A stretch of DNA of 64,000 nt from a virus (IMGVR_UViG_3300020492_000001:12305-76304); one strand, 5' to 3'; counted from the first letter of the stretch, positions 1-10,675 are shown. Notes: a model not told the origin generated them from the letters alone. A program made the numbers and translations.

Positions 1-268
1 TTCTAGCAAATATACTTCCACAATTAACATCGTGACTTCCTAAGATAGCACCTTCTACCTTAATAGCATTATCAGGTAATTGTGCCGTGCATCCGCAAAC
101 ATCAATAACTTTCCATTGTCTTTCGTATTGATAGTAACTTCCTATTTCCTTTTCCGCTTGGTAAGCCCAAGTCATAAATAACGGTCTGTGATTAGCGTGG
201 TCAACCGCCGCCAAATCCATCGCATTAATTATAGGATTGTTTATTGATATTAGTTTGTTTATTGACAT
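1..268 (-). CDS. Partial virion ring/connector-like protein (runs off window start)
   Basis: Not in the ORF track. ATG at 268 overlaps the end of 259..720; open frame MSINKLISINNPIINAMD...WAYQAEKEIG...AQLPDNA to the edge; W-x3-E-x2-IG pattern recalls crAss-like ring proteins. Confidence 0.5.
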   Translation of the reverse strand, partial: MSINKLISINNPIINAMDLAAVDHANHRPLFMTWAYQAEKEIGSYYQYERQWKVIDVCGCTAQLPDNAIKVEGAILGSHDVNCGSIFAR

Positions 269-720
269 TTTAGCCTTGTTATTAATGTTCCTTTTTTAAT
301 TCCTTCTGTAACAGCATCTCTTAAATCTTGATGTGGTTTAAAAAATATCTGTTTGTTCTTTTTGTATCTCTTAGTTTCTAATACTATTTTGTAAATATAC
401 TTAGAACTACTTAAATTCAACTTCGCTTTTGTTACTCGCCCTCCAACATACGTTAATCCTTTTTCTAGTAACGACATCATTCTTTTACTATCCGTTGTCT
501 TTGTTGCTTTAACCCAAATTTTAGTTTGACTATCTAAATTTATAATCGCTCCTAGTTTTAAGTTATTCAATATCTCTTCTTCTATGTAACTACTCCAAAT
601 ATCGTTAATATCCTTTGTAGTTATCTTTTGTTTAAATCTTCTTTTAAAGTCCCTTTTAATCAATCCATGTACTCTTGGAGTTGACCACTCTCCTAACTTC
701 TTATCTACTAATTTCTTCAT
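259..720 (-). CDS. IHF/HU-like DNA-binding protein
   Basis: Basic 153 aa with helical N-terminus, beta-arm region and terminal IFFKPHQDLRDAV, typical of HU/IHF; such genes sit in crAss-like structural modules. Confidence 0.55.
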   Translation of the reverse strand: MKKLVDKKLGEWSTPRVHGLIKRDFKRRFKQKITTKDINDIWSSYIEEEILNNLKLGAIINLDSQTKIWVKATKTTDSKRMMSLLEKGLTYVGGRVTKAKLNLSSSKYIYKIVLETKRYKKNKQIFFKPHQDLRDAVTEGIKKGTLITRLKCQ

Positions 721-1562
721 TTAGTTACTACATCATCCGCCGAATCATTTAAAACATCCACCACTTGCTGTTTCTCTATTTGAAACTCAGTTGTTAAGAT
801 AGATATTACAATTTGTCTAGCTAAGTGTGACGATACAGGATATGGGTCATTCTCAGTCATCTCTACTTCATAGTTAGTATAGAATACTTGTGAGTTTCCG
901 CTAGCTGTAAAAGTAGCTGTAGCCGTTCCTGTGAACGTATCATTAGGTAAATAATTAACTCCATTGTAAATTACTAATCCTGTTGTTCCTTTTACCGTAT
1001 ATGAGTAACCTGATTTAATTCCACCACTAATAACAGGTAATGTTTTCTTAATCATTAATCCTTCTGTGGTAGTAGGTATTCCAAAAAATCTTAGGTTTTG
1101 TACAATTTTATTAATATAAATAGTAGTACCAAATCTTTGATAGTAATGAAACATACTTCTAACGTGTTCTTTAGGTATCATTCTCCACGTTTCAATAGGA
1201 TAGAAAGTGTAAGTAGTCTTTCCGCAAGCAGATATAACCCTTAACCCTAAATCTAAGTTTCCGTCTCCTAAGTAAGTTAAATTGATTACTTCGGGTATTT
1301 CAGCCTTCATAATATCACAAGCGCAAAAGTCTACGTTTGGATCATCAGAGAAATTTACCTTAGTTAACGAGTGAATACCAAAGTCCACTAACCAATTTTG
1401 GTCAATAACCTTAGTAATGTTGTATTCTTTAAGAATTTCAGAAACTCTTGCTTGCTCTACTTTATATCCAACCCAATCTTCATCAATCCTAGATTCATCA
1501 GTGCGAGAAAATCTTTCAGCTAAAATTAAAATATCGTCTATGATTTGTTTTTTAGTTGGCAT
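717..1562 (-). CDS. Virion ring (head-tail connector)-like protein
   Basis: 281 aa; C-terminal YPVSSHLARQIVISIL motif resembles that of 9866..10675; structural operon context. Confidence 0.5.
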   Translation of the reverse strand: MPTKKQIIDDILILAERFSRTDESRIDEDWVGYKVEQARVSEILKEYNITKVIDQNWLVDFGIHSLTKVNFSDDPNVDFCACDIMKAEIPEVINLTYLGDGNLDLGLRVISACGKTTYTFYPIETWRMIPKEHVRSMFHYYQRFGTTIYINKIVQNLRFFGIPTTTEGLMIKKTLPVISGGIKSGYSYTVKGTTGLVIYNGVNYLPNDTFTGTATATFTASGNSQVFYTNYEVEMTENDPYPVSSHLARQIVISILTTEFQIEKQQVVDVLNDSADDVVTK

Positions 1563-1688
1563 ATTCTACTTATTTATACCTCAAATGTAACGAAAATAAT
1601 TAATTGTTTTTAACTCAAAGTTGAATTAAAAAAGCCTCACATTTCTGTAAGGCTAGTTGTAATTAAATTCAAGATTGCGACCCTAGAT

Positions 1689-2351
1689 TTATTTCAAAGC
1701 AAATATAGTTAAAACTTCTGTAATTGATGCAACTATAATAGCGCCTATTGTTTTAATCTTTTGTTTTCTTAAAGCTTTTTTAGACTCCTTTTCAAGAGTT
1801 TTATAGTCCTCTGCTTGATTTTTAATTATTGTTTGCGCCGTCACAACCATTCCTTTACTTATAACTAACTCTTCTTTTACTGTACTTAATTCTTCATTAA
1901 CACTTTTATTAGTAGAATCTTTCTGAGCAAGTAAATTGTTTTTTGATTTAATAGTACTATCGCAATCATTCATGGCAATCTTTATCAATATAGTATCGCA
2001 AATACCTCTAGCAAGTAATTCTCTCACTCTTTTAGATGAACTTCTATATAACTTCTCATTCTTATCAGCAATTACCTTAATCGAGTCTTCTGAGCGTTTT
2101 GAAGCTATTGTATTTAAGCTGTCTTGATACCTCTCTTGCATTAAACTAACAATTATCATACTATCTGACTTCATTTTAGCAAAGTATTGACTATTATCAG
2201 TTTTAGCTACTTCAATTTTATTCTCGCATCCGCCACAATATCTAAATACAAATAAACAAGCAAGTAATATTACTATGCCTCTGCCTATTACCCCTAACCA
2301 ATATTTAACTACCGAAACTTCCATTAGTTTTTTTCTTCTAAATATAAACAA
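1689..2351 (-). CDS. Spanin-like membrane-anchored coiled-coil protein
   Basis: N-terminal TM, long coiled coil, C-terminal hydrophobic segment; next to lysis genes. Confidence 0.4.
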   Translation of the reverse strand: MFIFRRKKLMEVSVVKYWLGVIGRGIVILLACLFVFRYCGGCENKIEVAKTDNSQYFAKMKSDSMIIVSLMQERYQDSLNTIASKRSEDSIKVIADKNEKLYRSSSKRVRELLARGICDTILIKIAMNDCDSTIKSKNNLLAQKDSTNKSVNEELSTVKEELVISKGMVVTAQTIIKNQAEDYKTLEKESKKALRKQKIKTIGAIIVASITEVLTIFALK

Positions 2352-2539
2352 GCTAATAACGTATCTAATATAACACCTCCTATACCTACATAAATAGCAT
2401 AAGTAGCATTAGATTCATACCATGTCATTCCTGCAATGGCACTTACTATACCTTTTGCGTATTGCTGTAATTTTACAATCTCTGATTGGGTATTCCCGAA
2501 TAAATTAAATACCGAGAAATATACTTTATACTTTTTCAT
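2324..2539 (-). CDS. Small membrane protein, holin candidate
   Basis: Two hydrophobic segments; lysis cluster. Confidence 0.35.
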   Translation of the reverse strand: MKKYKVYFSVFNLFGNTQSEIVKLQQYAKGIVSAIAGMTWYESNATYAIYVGIGGVILDTLLACLYLEEKN

Positions 2540-2550
2540 ATCTTAATTTT

Positions 2551-3165
2551 TTAAATTATATGTTTAGATTCGATGATTGTTCCAGTAACCTTATTCCCAT
2601 AAATACCACACGATATTCTTGTAATAGGTAATATCTTTTCAAATTCAGGCTCTGGACTTCCCATACATCCCAAACTCCAATTATTAACTAATCCACTTCC
2701 ATAAGTATTATTTTGACTCATTCTGTGCCAATGTGTGCCAAATATCTTTGCTATTTGCCTTTGAACTTTATCAATAAAAGTGTCTTTATTTCCATCTCTC
2801 CAATAATTAACCTTACCAACTTGTCTGAAATAAGGATATGAACTAAATTCTTTTGTAGTATCCCTAAATTCCCATCCACCTAATACTTGCTGAGGACTTT
2901 CTATAACCGCTGTTCCTTTAATGCCTTCAACCGTTGTAGGTTCTAATAACGAACCTTTTAATCCTGGTTTTGTTGTTGCTGGAATTGTTAATATCACTTT
3001 ATCTCCATGATTTCCTTGATAACAAATATGTAAATAATCAGTAAATTTATTTGTGGCTTCAAATGAAGTTCTTTCCCAAACATAATTTAAAGAATGTGGT
3101 GCTGTAAACCATTTATATCCAAGTGATCTAACAGCTTGTTCTATTTGATTATAAGTTCTATTCAT
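2551..3165 (-). CDS. Putative endolysin (YkuD/L,D-transpeptidase-like catalytic motif)
   Basis: H-x(n)-W-S-x-G-C motif (THWHR...NWSLGC); flanked by TM proteins. Confidence 0.55.
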   Translation of the reverse strand: MNRTYNQIEQAVRSLGYKWFTAPHSLNYVWERTSFEATNKFTDYLHICYQGNHGDKVILTIPATTKPGLKGSLLEPTTVEGIKGTAVIESPQQVLGGWEFRDTTKEFSSYPYFRQVGKVNYWRDGNKDTFIDKVQRQIAKIFGTHWHRMSQNNTYGSGLVNNWSLGCMGSPEPEFEKILPITRISCGIYGNKVTGTIIESKHII

Positions 3166-3284
3166 GCTACTAATTTTTTAATATTAAACTTCTTTCTTTG
3201 ACATTAATGTTTTACAAGCATCACCGCGTACTTGCGGATGCTTTTCTTTCTAATCCTTTCAGTTATTAGTTTTTGTATTCTGAA

Positions 3285-3683
3285 CTAGATATTTTTGGCT
3301 TTTAAATAACCTGTTAGTTCAGCTAAATTATTACTAATGTTTTGCTGCATCTTTTCTACAGTGTCTAACTTGTTCCATAACTTATTGTGAGCTACTTCTT
3401 GCTCACTTTTTATTTCAGTTATTTTACTGTAAATTAAATTCTCTTTTTTTTCTACTGTATCCATGATATATTCTACTGTTGCTTTTTTTGTATTTTTAGA
3501 ATGTAAAAACTTCTCATTTACAACTTTTTTAAATTCATCTAATTCATCATTAACTTCAGATATTTTAATGTTAGCTTTTTCTGAACTTGATTTTATAACA
3601 TAAACAAAACTAACTATAGAGCCTAATCCTATGATAATTGCTACTACGTCTTTTATTCCAAATATTAATTCTGAGGCATTCAT
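3285..3683 (-). CDS. Holin-like protein (N-terminal TM plus coiled coil)
   Basis: Single N-terminal TM, charged coiled coil, directly upstream of the lysin candidate. Confidence 0.4.
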   Translation of the reverse strand: MNASELIFGIKDVVAIIIGLGSIVSFVYVIKSSSEKANIKISEVNDELDEFKKVVNEKFLHSKNTKKATVEYIMDTVEKKENLIYSKITEIKSEQEVAHNKLWNKLDTVEKMQQNISNNLAELTGYLKAKNI

Positions 3684-3763
3684 AGTCTTTTAAGTTCTTT
3701 TATTTTAAAGCAATTATTAATTCGTATATTGTTTTATGGTTATATTCTGAAATTTTAATATCA

Positions 3764-3982
3764 TTAGTTAATAATATAATTAATTAATTCACTATCTGTA
3801 ACTAAAATAATATCATCTTTTTTTAAATCTAATTCTAATACCCTTGTATTGTTTTCTGATTTGGCTAAAATAACATCATCAAAAATATTATCATTAATTT
3901 TCACAATACTATTAACATCTAAATTATTTGAAATAGTTAATACTATTTTACAGTCTTTTAATGCTTTATAAATTTCTTTCAT
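3764..3982 (-). CDS. Hypothetical protein
   Basis: ORF tightly packed in operon. Confidence 0.55.
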   Translation of the reverse strand: MKEIYKALKDCKIVLTISNNLDVNSIVKINDNIFDDVILAKSENNTRVLELDLKKDDIILVTDSELINYIIN

Positions 3983-3984
3983 AA

Positions 3985-5448
3985 TTATTTTTCTATTATT
4001 ACTGTAAAATAAACAGCCTTTGTTCCTAGACTTGCAAACACAGCACCAGCAGCAGTTGCTCTAAAATCAACGATATTGCTACCTTCCCAAACAAAACACC
4101 TAGCAAAAATATTTGTACCGTTATTTATTGCAAACCTACAATCATCTAATTGCACTCCATTATTTGTAAAAGGAAGTACAACTTGCGTATTTGAACTATT
4201 AGATATTCCTGTTACTTGTCCGTTTACAATATAATATGAACCCATATCTACAGATTTTATTTTATTAATTGAATAAGAAAGCCAACCAATTATTGTACAA
4301 CTTGCCGTTATATCTACCCAGCTATTACTTTGCTTGTTTTTCCACAAACTTGTAGCACTATCGTATGTTAATACATCGTTGTTTGCTACTCCATTTATTA
4401 AAACATTATGAAGTTCATTTAATTCATAACCATTGTCAACTTTAACAAATATAGTTCCTTGAGTTATATGAGCATGTACTACATAACCAATAATAACTAT
4501 ATGATTTGGTGCAATAGGTTTTATATTTGTAATATTACCAGCAGTTGTTGGACTTAAATATAAAATATCTCCATCCGCCCAAGTTTCGCTTTGTAAAGAA
4601 CCAGTTGTATTAATACCTCTTACTAATCCGCTTGTAGTAATAAATCCTTCTTGATTATTCGCTATTGTTTCCGTTACTAAACCAATTGTTTCAGCACTTA
4701 ATAAATCACTTGTCGCTAAAGCTAAATCTACTTTTAATCTTTGACCTTGCGCCCCTGTAACTCGTACAGCTTGATAGTTAGATTCTAATAAAGTAATGTT
4801 TGTTGCTGTTTTATTAACTACTCTTGATACTTGCTCTTGTCCGATTTGTAAAGTAACATTGCCACCTTTTAATTTTAAATCTAAAGTTCCATCTGTATCA
4901 TTCCAAACTACACTACCAGCAGTTGTTGGTATATTAGTTGGTGTATTATCAAACTCTAAATTACCTAATTGTATTCCAAACTCGCCTAAATTAACATCAC
5001 TTATTGCACCTACATAAGGTACATAACCATTAGCATCCATTTGCATGATGTTAGTCATGTTTAGATTAGGCAAATCAATAGCTTTAATTTTAAATATGTA
5101 GACTAATGCTACAGGATAAGCGGAAGGAGTACCACTAAGGACATAATTCCCACTAGTATCAAAACTAGTAACCGATACCACTGTACCACCAATGGTAAGC
5201 GGAGATTGTCCAGTTGGTTGCCCATTACTAAGTGTTTCAACAAGAGCATCGCCACCACTATAAAATTGGTCCAAAAGTATTGTCGCACCTGTGGGTTTCG
5301 TGATTGTGCCTGTTGCTGAACTGATGGTCTGGAAGTAAAGGATTTTATATTCATTATTTTCTAAATTTGTTACACGATTATTTAATGCAGGGTCTGCCCC
5401 AGCTTGACTGAATATTTTTCTAGGATTCTTTACTGCTGACTGTCCCAT
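3985..5448 (-). CDS. Tail fibre-like protein
   Basis: G/T/N-rich beta character; fibre-type segments ELNELHNVLINGVANNDVLTYDSATSLWKN. Confidence 0.65.
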   Translation of the reverse strand: MGQSAVKNPRKIFSQAGADPALNNRVTNLENNEYKILYFQTISSATGTITKPTGATILLDQFYSGGDALVETLSNGQPTGQSPLTIGGTVVSVTSFDTSGNYVLSGTPSAYPVALVYIFKIKAIDLPNLNMTNIMQMDANGYVPYVGAISDVNLGEFGIQLGNLEFDNTPTNIPTTAGSVVWNDTDGTLDLKLKGGNVTLQIGQEQVSRVVNKTATNITLLESNYQAVRVTGAQGQRLKVDLALATSDLLSAETIGLVTETIANNQEGFITTSGLVRGINTTGSLQSETWADGDILYLSPTTAGNITNIKPIAPNHIVIIGYVVHAHITQGTIFVKVDNGYELNELHNVLINGVANNDVLTYDSATSLWKNKQSNSWVDITASCTIIGWLSYSINKIKSVDMGSYYIVNGQVTGISNSSNTQVVLPFTNNGVQLDDCRFAINNGTNIFARCFVWEGSNIVDFRATAAGAVFASLGTKAVYFTVIIEK

Positions 5449-5453
5449 ATTTA

Positions 5454-5714
5454 CTAATTTTCACTAATTGGTGGAAAAGGATTTTCTTTAGGTACATATA
5501 GTATTAAAGGTAAATCTTTAACCCACATATAATTTGGATTTATGTTATTAGCCATCTCCTCAACACTAATAACCCAATTATCTGCATTATCCATTATAGG
5601 ATTAAAAAAACAGTCTGGAGCATACATCTGCCCTACTAATTCATCTTTTTGTTCTACTGTTAGAAGTCCTACATAAGTAGTGTATTCTGCTCTTGTTATA
5701 TCTGTTAGTTTCAT
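5454..5714 (-). CDS. Hypothetical protein (possible fibre chaperone)
   Basis: 86 aa between two fibre-like genes. Confidence 0.5.
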   Translation of the reverse strand: MKLTDITRAEYTTYVGLLTVEQKDELVGQMYAPDCFFNPIMDNADNWVISVEEMANNINPNYMWVKDLPLILYVPKENPFPPISEN

Positions 5715-5737
5715 AGTTTATATTGTTGTTTAAGTTT

Positions 5738-7348
5738 TTAAACTTGGCGATTTAAAGTTGTGTTAAAAGTTTGAACTGCATTGTAAAAAGCTAAGGCTTC
5801 AGCATCGGTTAATCCATCACCTATTGATGCAAAGGCACATTGTCTATTTGAAAAACTTACCGCAATTCCTTGACTATTTGAAGCACCTAAAAAAAGATTT
5901 AAATTTTGCAAAGAACCGCTTGCACCTGTATTAGTAGCACCTATTTGAGCAGAATTTTTAAATAATTTATGAATAGCACTTGTTGTTCTTGATGTAATAT
6001 AAAAACCTTGTGAGTTTGCGTTAGCAATTATAATTCTTCCAGTTGTTGAATTATATTGGTCACTAATACAACCTACCGCTGTGTATCTAAGTGCTAATAA
6101 TAATTGACCTCCAGAACCATTTGAATTACTTAAGTCAATTCCAAGATTTTCATTATTTGTTCTTGAATAATAAGAGGCGTGAGTATTGTTTAAAGTGCTT
6201 TGAGTTGATGTATTAAAAAAAGTATCTGCAAAAGCATTGGTTCCATTAGGTAAGTAGCCATTTGCACTAAACGTACCTCCACCACTAAACACTAATCTAT
6301 AAGCAGCATTAGTATCTTGTGCATTAACTAAGTTAAACTTACAAGTAGTAGCTGTTCCACCAACCATAGGGTAGATAGCTTTCATTTTAGTAAAGATATT
6401 AGCAGTCTTTAAATCACTAACTAAAGTGTTTGTAGCAGTTTGAATAGTGTTATCTGTTATTTGTGTACTAAATAAGAAAGCATTAGTTTCATTGTTGTAT
6501 GCAGGATTGTAGTAGAATGATTGAGTAGCATTTATATTTCTACCTAAAGCTACTTGATACTTTTCAGTTATTTGATAGAATAGTTGAGATTCTAAATCAG
6601 TAAGCCCATCTCCTATTGTTGAAAAAGCACATTCTCTTGGACTAAAATATGCTGAACCTACAGGTGGACCAGAATTATTCCATGCACTTATAAATATACT
6701 ACGATTACTTAACCCTTGTGAATTAACAGAAAAACTACTAATTGTTGTATTTTTTACAAGTTTTTGAACAGTAGCTGATGTTCTTGAAAGCAAATATAAA
6801 CCTGTTGTATTAGTATTAGAAACTAAAGATTGAACATTTGAATTTACAACACCATAATATGAATTACTGAAAAAAGGACAAATATAAATTGAATTTGTTA
6901 CTAATGATGAGTTTACATTAGTTCCCATGTCAAAATAAGTACCAGAAATATCATTAGTTCTTGAATAAAAACTAACATGAGTATTATTTAATGATAAAGT
7001 AGTACTTGGCAATAAAAAAGTATCTGCATAAGAATTGATACCATTAGGCTTATAGCCATTAGAACTATGAGTTCCGCCACCTATAAAACTTAGTCTAAAG
7101 GCTGCATTAGTATCTAAAGGATTTTTAAGGTTAAATTTATGAGAAGTTGCAGTACCACCTACCATTGGATAAACTGCTTTAAACTTAGTCCATATACCTA
7201 CTGCTTTGCTATCTACTACCCATTGATTAACTGCATCTTTTTCAGTAGTAGTAAGAGTTACTCCTGCTGCTGTTTGAGCATTAAAAAATAGTTGAGCATC
7301 TGGGTCATAGGTAGATGCAACTCCATATATGTACGGATTTATTATCAT
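5738..7348 (-). CDS. Virion fibre/receptor-binding-like protein with tandem duplicated ~250-aa domain
   Basis: Two halves share KAxYPMVGGTAT-x-xKFNL, SxNGYxPNGxNxxADTF, SFYSRTN and CAFxxIGDGLTD; lectin/ConA-like fold inferred. Confidence 0.6.
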   Translation of the reverse strand: MIINPYIYGVASTYDPDAQLFFNAQTAAGVTLTTTEKDAVNQWVVDSKAVGIWTKFKAVYPMVGGTATSHKFNLKNPLDTNAAFRLSFIGGGTHSSNGYKPNGINSYADTFLLPSTTLSLNNTHVSFYSRTNDISGTYFDMGTNVNSSLVTNSIYICPFFSNSYYGVVNSNVQSLVSNTNTTGLYLLSRTSATVQKLVKNTTISSFSVNSQGLSNRSIFISAWNNSGPPVGSAYFSPRECAFSTIGDGLTDLESQLFYQITEKYQVALGRNINATQSFYYNPAYNNETNAFLFSTQITDNTIQTATNTLVSDLKTANIFTKMKAIYPMVGGTATTCKFNLVNAQDTNAAYRLVFSGGGTFSANGYLPNGTNAFADTFFNTSTQSTLNNTHASYYSRTNNENLGIDLSNSNGSGGQLLLALRYTAVGCISDQYNSTTGRIIIANANSQGFYITSRTTSAIHKLFKNSAQIGATNTGASGSLQNLNLFLGASNSQGIAVSFSNRQCAFASIGDGLTDAEALAFYNAVQTFNTTLNRQV

Positions 7349-7785
7349 GCCCTAGTTCCTTTTAATAATATCTTTAAACCTTTAGCAGTACCATCTCCTA
7401 TTTGGTCAATATCAATAGTTATTAAAGCATCATCTGCCAAAGCACTATCTGATATTACAGGAGGTGTTGCAGCAGTTACACTAGTTAATTCAGTATTATC
7501 TATTGTTAATAAAGTTGATAAAACACTAACTCCTGCTTCATTAATATCTACTGTAAATATAGTTCCACTTGCTTGAGCAGTAACTAAAGAAGCTCTAACT
7601 TCTGTTAAGGTCATAGCGTAAGGCATTCTAAAGCTAACCTTAGATGTACCTGTTGTTAAAGCAGTAGATTCATCACTTGCAGCTAATTGGATTTCACATG
7701 GAGAACCTACTAAGTTAACAGCAGCTCCACCACTTCCTCCATTTTGAGAAAATACTCTTTTTATATTTTTAATAGCTGAAATCAT
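7345..7785 (-). CDS. Structural protein
   Basis: Beta-rich, overlaps the next gene, structural operon. Confidence 0.5.
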   Translation of the reverse strand: MISAIKNIKRVFSQNGGSGGAAVNLVGSPCEIQLAASDESTALTTGTSKVSFRMPYAMTLTEVRASLVTAQASGTIFTVDINEAGVSVLSTLLTIDNTELTSVTAATPPVISDSALADDALITIDIDQIGDGTAKGLKILLKGTRA

Positions 7786-7791
7786 GTTTTA

Positions 7792-8130
7792 TTATTTATA
7801 GTATTGTATATGTAATGTGTGGGAGCCGCTAACTGCAATAACTCTAAAGTTTCTCACATTATCTCCATTTGTAATATCAAAGAAATCTAAATAAGATAAT
7901 GCCATACCATCTGTAGTTGTCGGAGGAGTTGTAGCTCCTAGCATTAAATATCTCATAATTACACCACTAGTAGTAGCTGATTCAACTCTAACCTCTGCAT
8001 AAACAGCAGATGTTGGAACGGTTAAAGATTGAGCAGCTCCACCTGTTACAGTTAACTTCTCGTAACCTACAGCTATTAACTCTTTTTTCTGTTTAATTGC
8101 CCTTACTATAGCGCCTGAGTTTTCATTCAT
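7792..8130 (-). CDS. Structural protein
   Basis: Beta-rich small ORF in structural operon. Confidence 0.5.
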   Translation of the reverse strand: MNENSGAIVRAIKQKKELIAVGYEKLTVTGGAAQSLTVPTSAVYAEVRVESATTSGVIMRYLMLGATTPPTTTDGMALSYLDFFDITNGDNVRNFRVIAVSGSHTLHIQYYK

Positions 8131-8161
8131 TTTATTAAATTTTTATGTATCAAAAATAAAT

Positions 8162-8196
8162 AAAAAAAGGCTTAGTTTTTTACACCAAGCCTTTTT
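8162..8196 (-). terminator. Intrinsic terminator
   Basis: AAAGGCTT/AAGCCTTT stem flanked by A and T runs, after 8216..9802. Confidence 0.65.
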
Positions 8197-8215
8197 AATT
8201 GTAATTAATTTATTA

Positions 8216-9802
8216 TTATGCTTTCCAAGTTGAAGTAGGAAGAGCAGCAAACTCATTTAACACTAAATCAGGGTCTCCACCAGAGATGTTTACAGACCTT
8301 ACATAAGGTATCATAATAGTTCCAGCAGCAAAAACTAATGGAGTTGTACCTACTGAGTAAACAGGATAAGTTACATCATTTACTTTACAGGTTACAGCAC
8401 CAGCCTTGTTAACTAATACTTCTACAGTTAAGTAAGCAGCATCCACAGGAGCAATAGCATTTGTAGATACAAGTGTTGCAGAAGCTAAAATTCCATTAGT
8501 AACAATTTGATCGCCAGCTCCAGCTAATGTACCAACAGATGCTAAATTTGAGTAAGCAAAAGTTGAACTATGCGCAGCTTTAGTGTGAAATCCTATTTGC
8601 CAAGCAGCATCAGTCCAATCAGCAGCTACTAAACGAGCAAATACAGAGAAATCAGTTTTACCAACAACAAACTCTTCTGGAGCTAATGTTAATAAACTTG
8701 GAGTAAATTCTGCTCCAATAGCATTAGTAAGAGTCATGTCTAAAACAAGTCCCGTATTACCTGGAGTTGGAACTGGAGTTGCGTTTGTACCAATTTGGTT
8801 ATAAACCCACTTAGCGTCAGATACCATTTTATTTTCACCTGTAGTTGTTGGAACAGCTCCAGCAGCACCTTGGAATAAAATAACGTTATCTAAGAAGTCA
8901 ATTTGAGAAGATGGGTCAGCAGCGTACTGTCCTAACAATCCTCTGTGAGCAGCTCTTTCAAAAGCAATATATCCAGCTAAGTTAGCAGTAGAAGCACCAG
9001 CTCCATTATCTACATAAGCAGTTTGGTTTTTAACTAAATACACTCTTGATGTTCCGTTAAATGCAGTTGGCAAAGCAACTAAATCTAAGTAAGAAATGTT
9101 GAACATATTGTATTTTTGACCACTTACAGCACTTAATCCAGCAGCAGTTAATGGAGTTTCAATTTCACCTGAAATTAAGTTTCCTGTCATAAAGTCGTAA
9201 ACAGGAGCATTGTTTAACAAGTTTAATCCTGTACCGAACTCATAAACAGCCGCAGTTGTTAATACGAAGTTAGAAGCAGCAAATCCTGTTCCGTCTGTAT
9301 TAGTTGTTGGACGAACTACAGAAGCACCTTGACGACCATTATTGCCTTGACGGTTATAAGGGAAGTATCCTGCTTTGTCTGTTACTGTAAATCCGTTACC
9401 TAATGTTAAGGTAGCAGCAGTTACGAATGGAGAACCTGCGTTAATATCAGCTACTAATTTTAATGTAATAGCCTCACGCTGTAAAGCAGCAGAAGCTCCT
9501 AATGTAGTAATATCATCTGGAGTAGTATAAGTAAACTTCTTTAAAGAAGAAGTGTACCCATGGTCTCTTACGTTTACATCTCCAATTTCAACCGAATAAG
9601 CTGTTGAAGCTGTAGGAGTGTAAGCTGTTGCTCCGATTGTGATTACTTGTGCTACTTCAGCACGATAATTGATTTGAGAGAAATTAATCACTCTTGATAA
9701 TTTGACAGCGTCTAATCCAGCAATTAGGATTTCACCGCCACTGTATTGTACATCGCTTCCTGCTGATGTATTAAACAATACTGATTTGTTTTTCTGTGAC
9801 AT
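8216..9802 (-). CDS. Auxiliary capsid/decoration-like protein
   Basis: 528 aa, A/T/G-rich; position after capsid and ring genes as in crAss-like phages. Confidence 0.5.
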   Translation of the reverse strand: MSQKNKSVLFNTSAGSDVQYSGGEILIAGLDAVKLSRVINFSQINYRAEVAQVITIGATAYTPTASTAYSVEIGDVNVRDHGYTSSLKKFTYTTPDDITTLGASAALQREAITLKLVADINAGSPFVTAATLTLGNGFTVTDKAGYFPYNRQGNNGRQGASVVRPTTNTDGTGFAASNFVLTTAAVYEFGTGLNLLNNAPVYDFMTGNLISGEIETPLTAAGLSAVSGQKYNMFNISYLDLVALPTAFNGTSRVYLVKNQTAYVDNGAGASTANLAGYIAFERAAHRGLLGQYAADPSSQIDFLDNVILFQGAAGAVPTTTGENKMVSDAKWVYNQIGTNATPVPTPGNTGLVLDMTLTNAIGAEFTPSLLTLAPEEFVVGKTDFSVFARLVAADWTDAAWQIGFHTKAAHSSTFAYSNLASVGTLAGAGDQIVTNGILASATLVSTNAIAPVDAAYLTVEVLVNKAGAVTCKVNDVTYPVYSVGTTPLVFAAGTIMIPYVRSVNISGGDPDLVLNEFAALPTSTWKA

Positions 9803-9865
9803 GGTTTTTTTTGGTTTTTTATTGGTTTATAATGATGTAAATGTAAATATTATTTTAATATGATT

Positions 9866-10675
9866 TTACTTAGTTTCTTTTTCTGCAAAAGCCGAATTTT
9901 CAAAAGCACTTGTTACTCCTAATAAGATACTTGCTGCCAACTTAGCTAATTCATCTTGACACTTCTCAGGCATATCAGTAGTAGTTGTATTAGATGCTAA
10001 TATTACTTGTCCGCTTGCTAGTGTTGTTGTAACCGCCGCCGTAAACTGAGTTCCTATTTGATAAGTAACACCGTTTTGAACACTTAACTCTGTAGCTATG
10101 TAAGAAGCACCAATAGTCACTACACCTACTCCTGCATTAATATATTGACTCTCATCTCCCATATTAAATACTGCTGGCTGCTTAATATAGTCTAGTTTAC
10201 ACGATGTGATAGCACTAGAATCTCCTTTATAAATAAGTAATCCTGTTGAATCTTCTAAGAAGTAAGGTTTTTTATTTGTAGGTTTTCTGAAAGAACATTC
10301 TAGTAATGGCCCACGCTTGTTATAAGTAGTTTCTCTTCCATAAGTAGTATTTCCACCTACGGTTAATGTTAAAGCGGCAAATGTTTGGTAATCTATTGGA
10401 TAGTCTACATGGTTAATGTAAACATCTGTATTATAAGTACCTATGTTTGTCGGCGCAGTTGAGCTTGTTTTAAGTAAGGTATATAACTCATCTCTATACT
10501 TTTGGATTCTATCTATGCCTGTTAATTGATTAGAATTGATTGTATCTGTTATACTATCTATCTTTTTCATAATAGCATCATTCATAGCTTTATTCTTTTC
10601 TATGTTGTAAAATCTTGATGCGTGGGTAAGATTTGTATAAAAGTCTATTGCGTAACCTATTTGTATAGCATTCAT
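9866..10675 (-). CDS. Virion ring protein (crAss-like conserved capsid-module gene)
   Basis: N-terminal helix EKNKAMNDA, LDYIKQP, C-terminal DMPEKCQDELAKLAASILL; synteny. Confidence 0.55.
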   Translation of the reverse strand: MNAIQIGYAIDFYTNLTHASRFYNIEKNKAMNDAIMKKIDSITDTINSNQLTGIDRIQKYRDELYTLLKTSSTAPTNIGTYNTDVYINHVDYPIDYQTFAALTLTVGGNTTYGRETTYNKRGPLLECSFRKPTNKKPYFLEDSTGLLIYKGDSSAITSCKLDYIKQPAVFNMGDESQYINAGVGVVTIGASYIATELSVQNGVTYQIGTQFTAAVTTTLASGQVILASNTTTTDMPEKCQDELAKLAASILLGVTSAFENSAFAEKETK

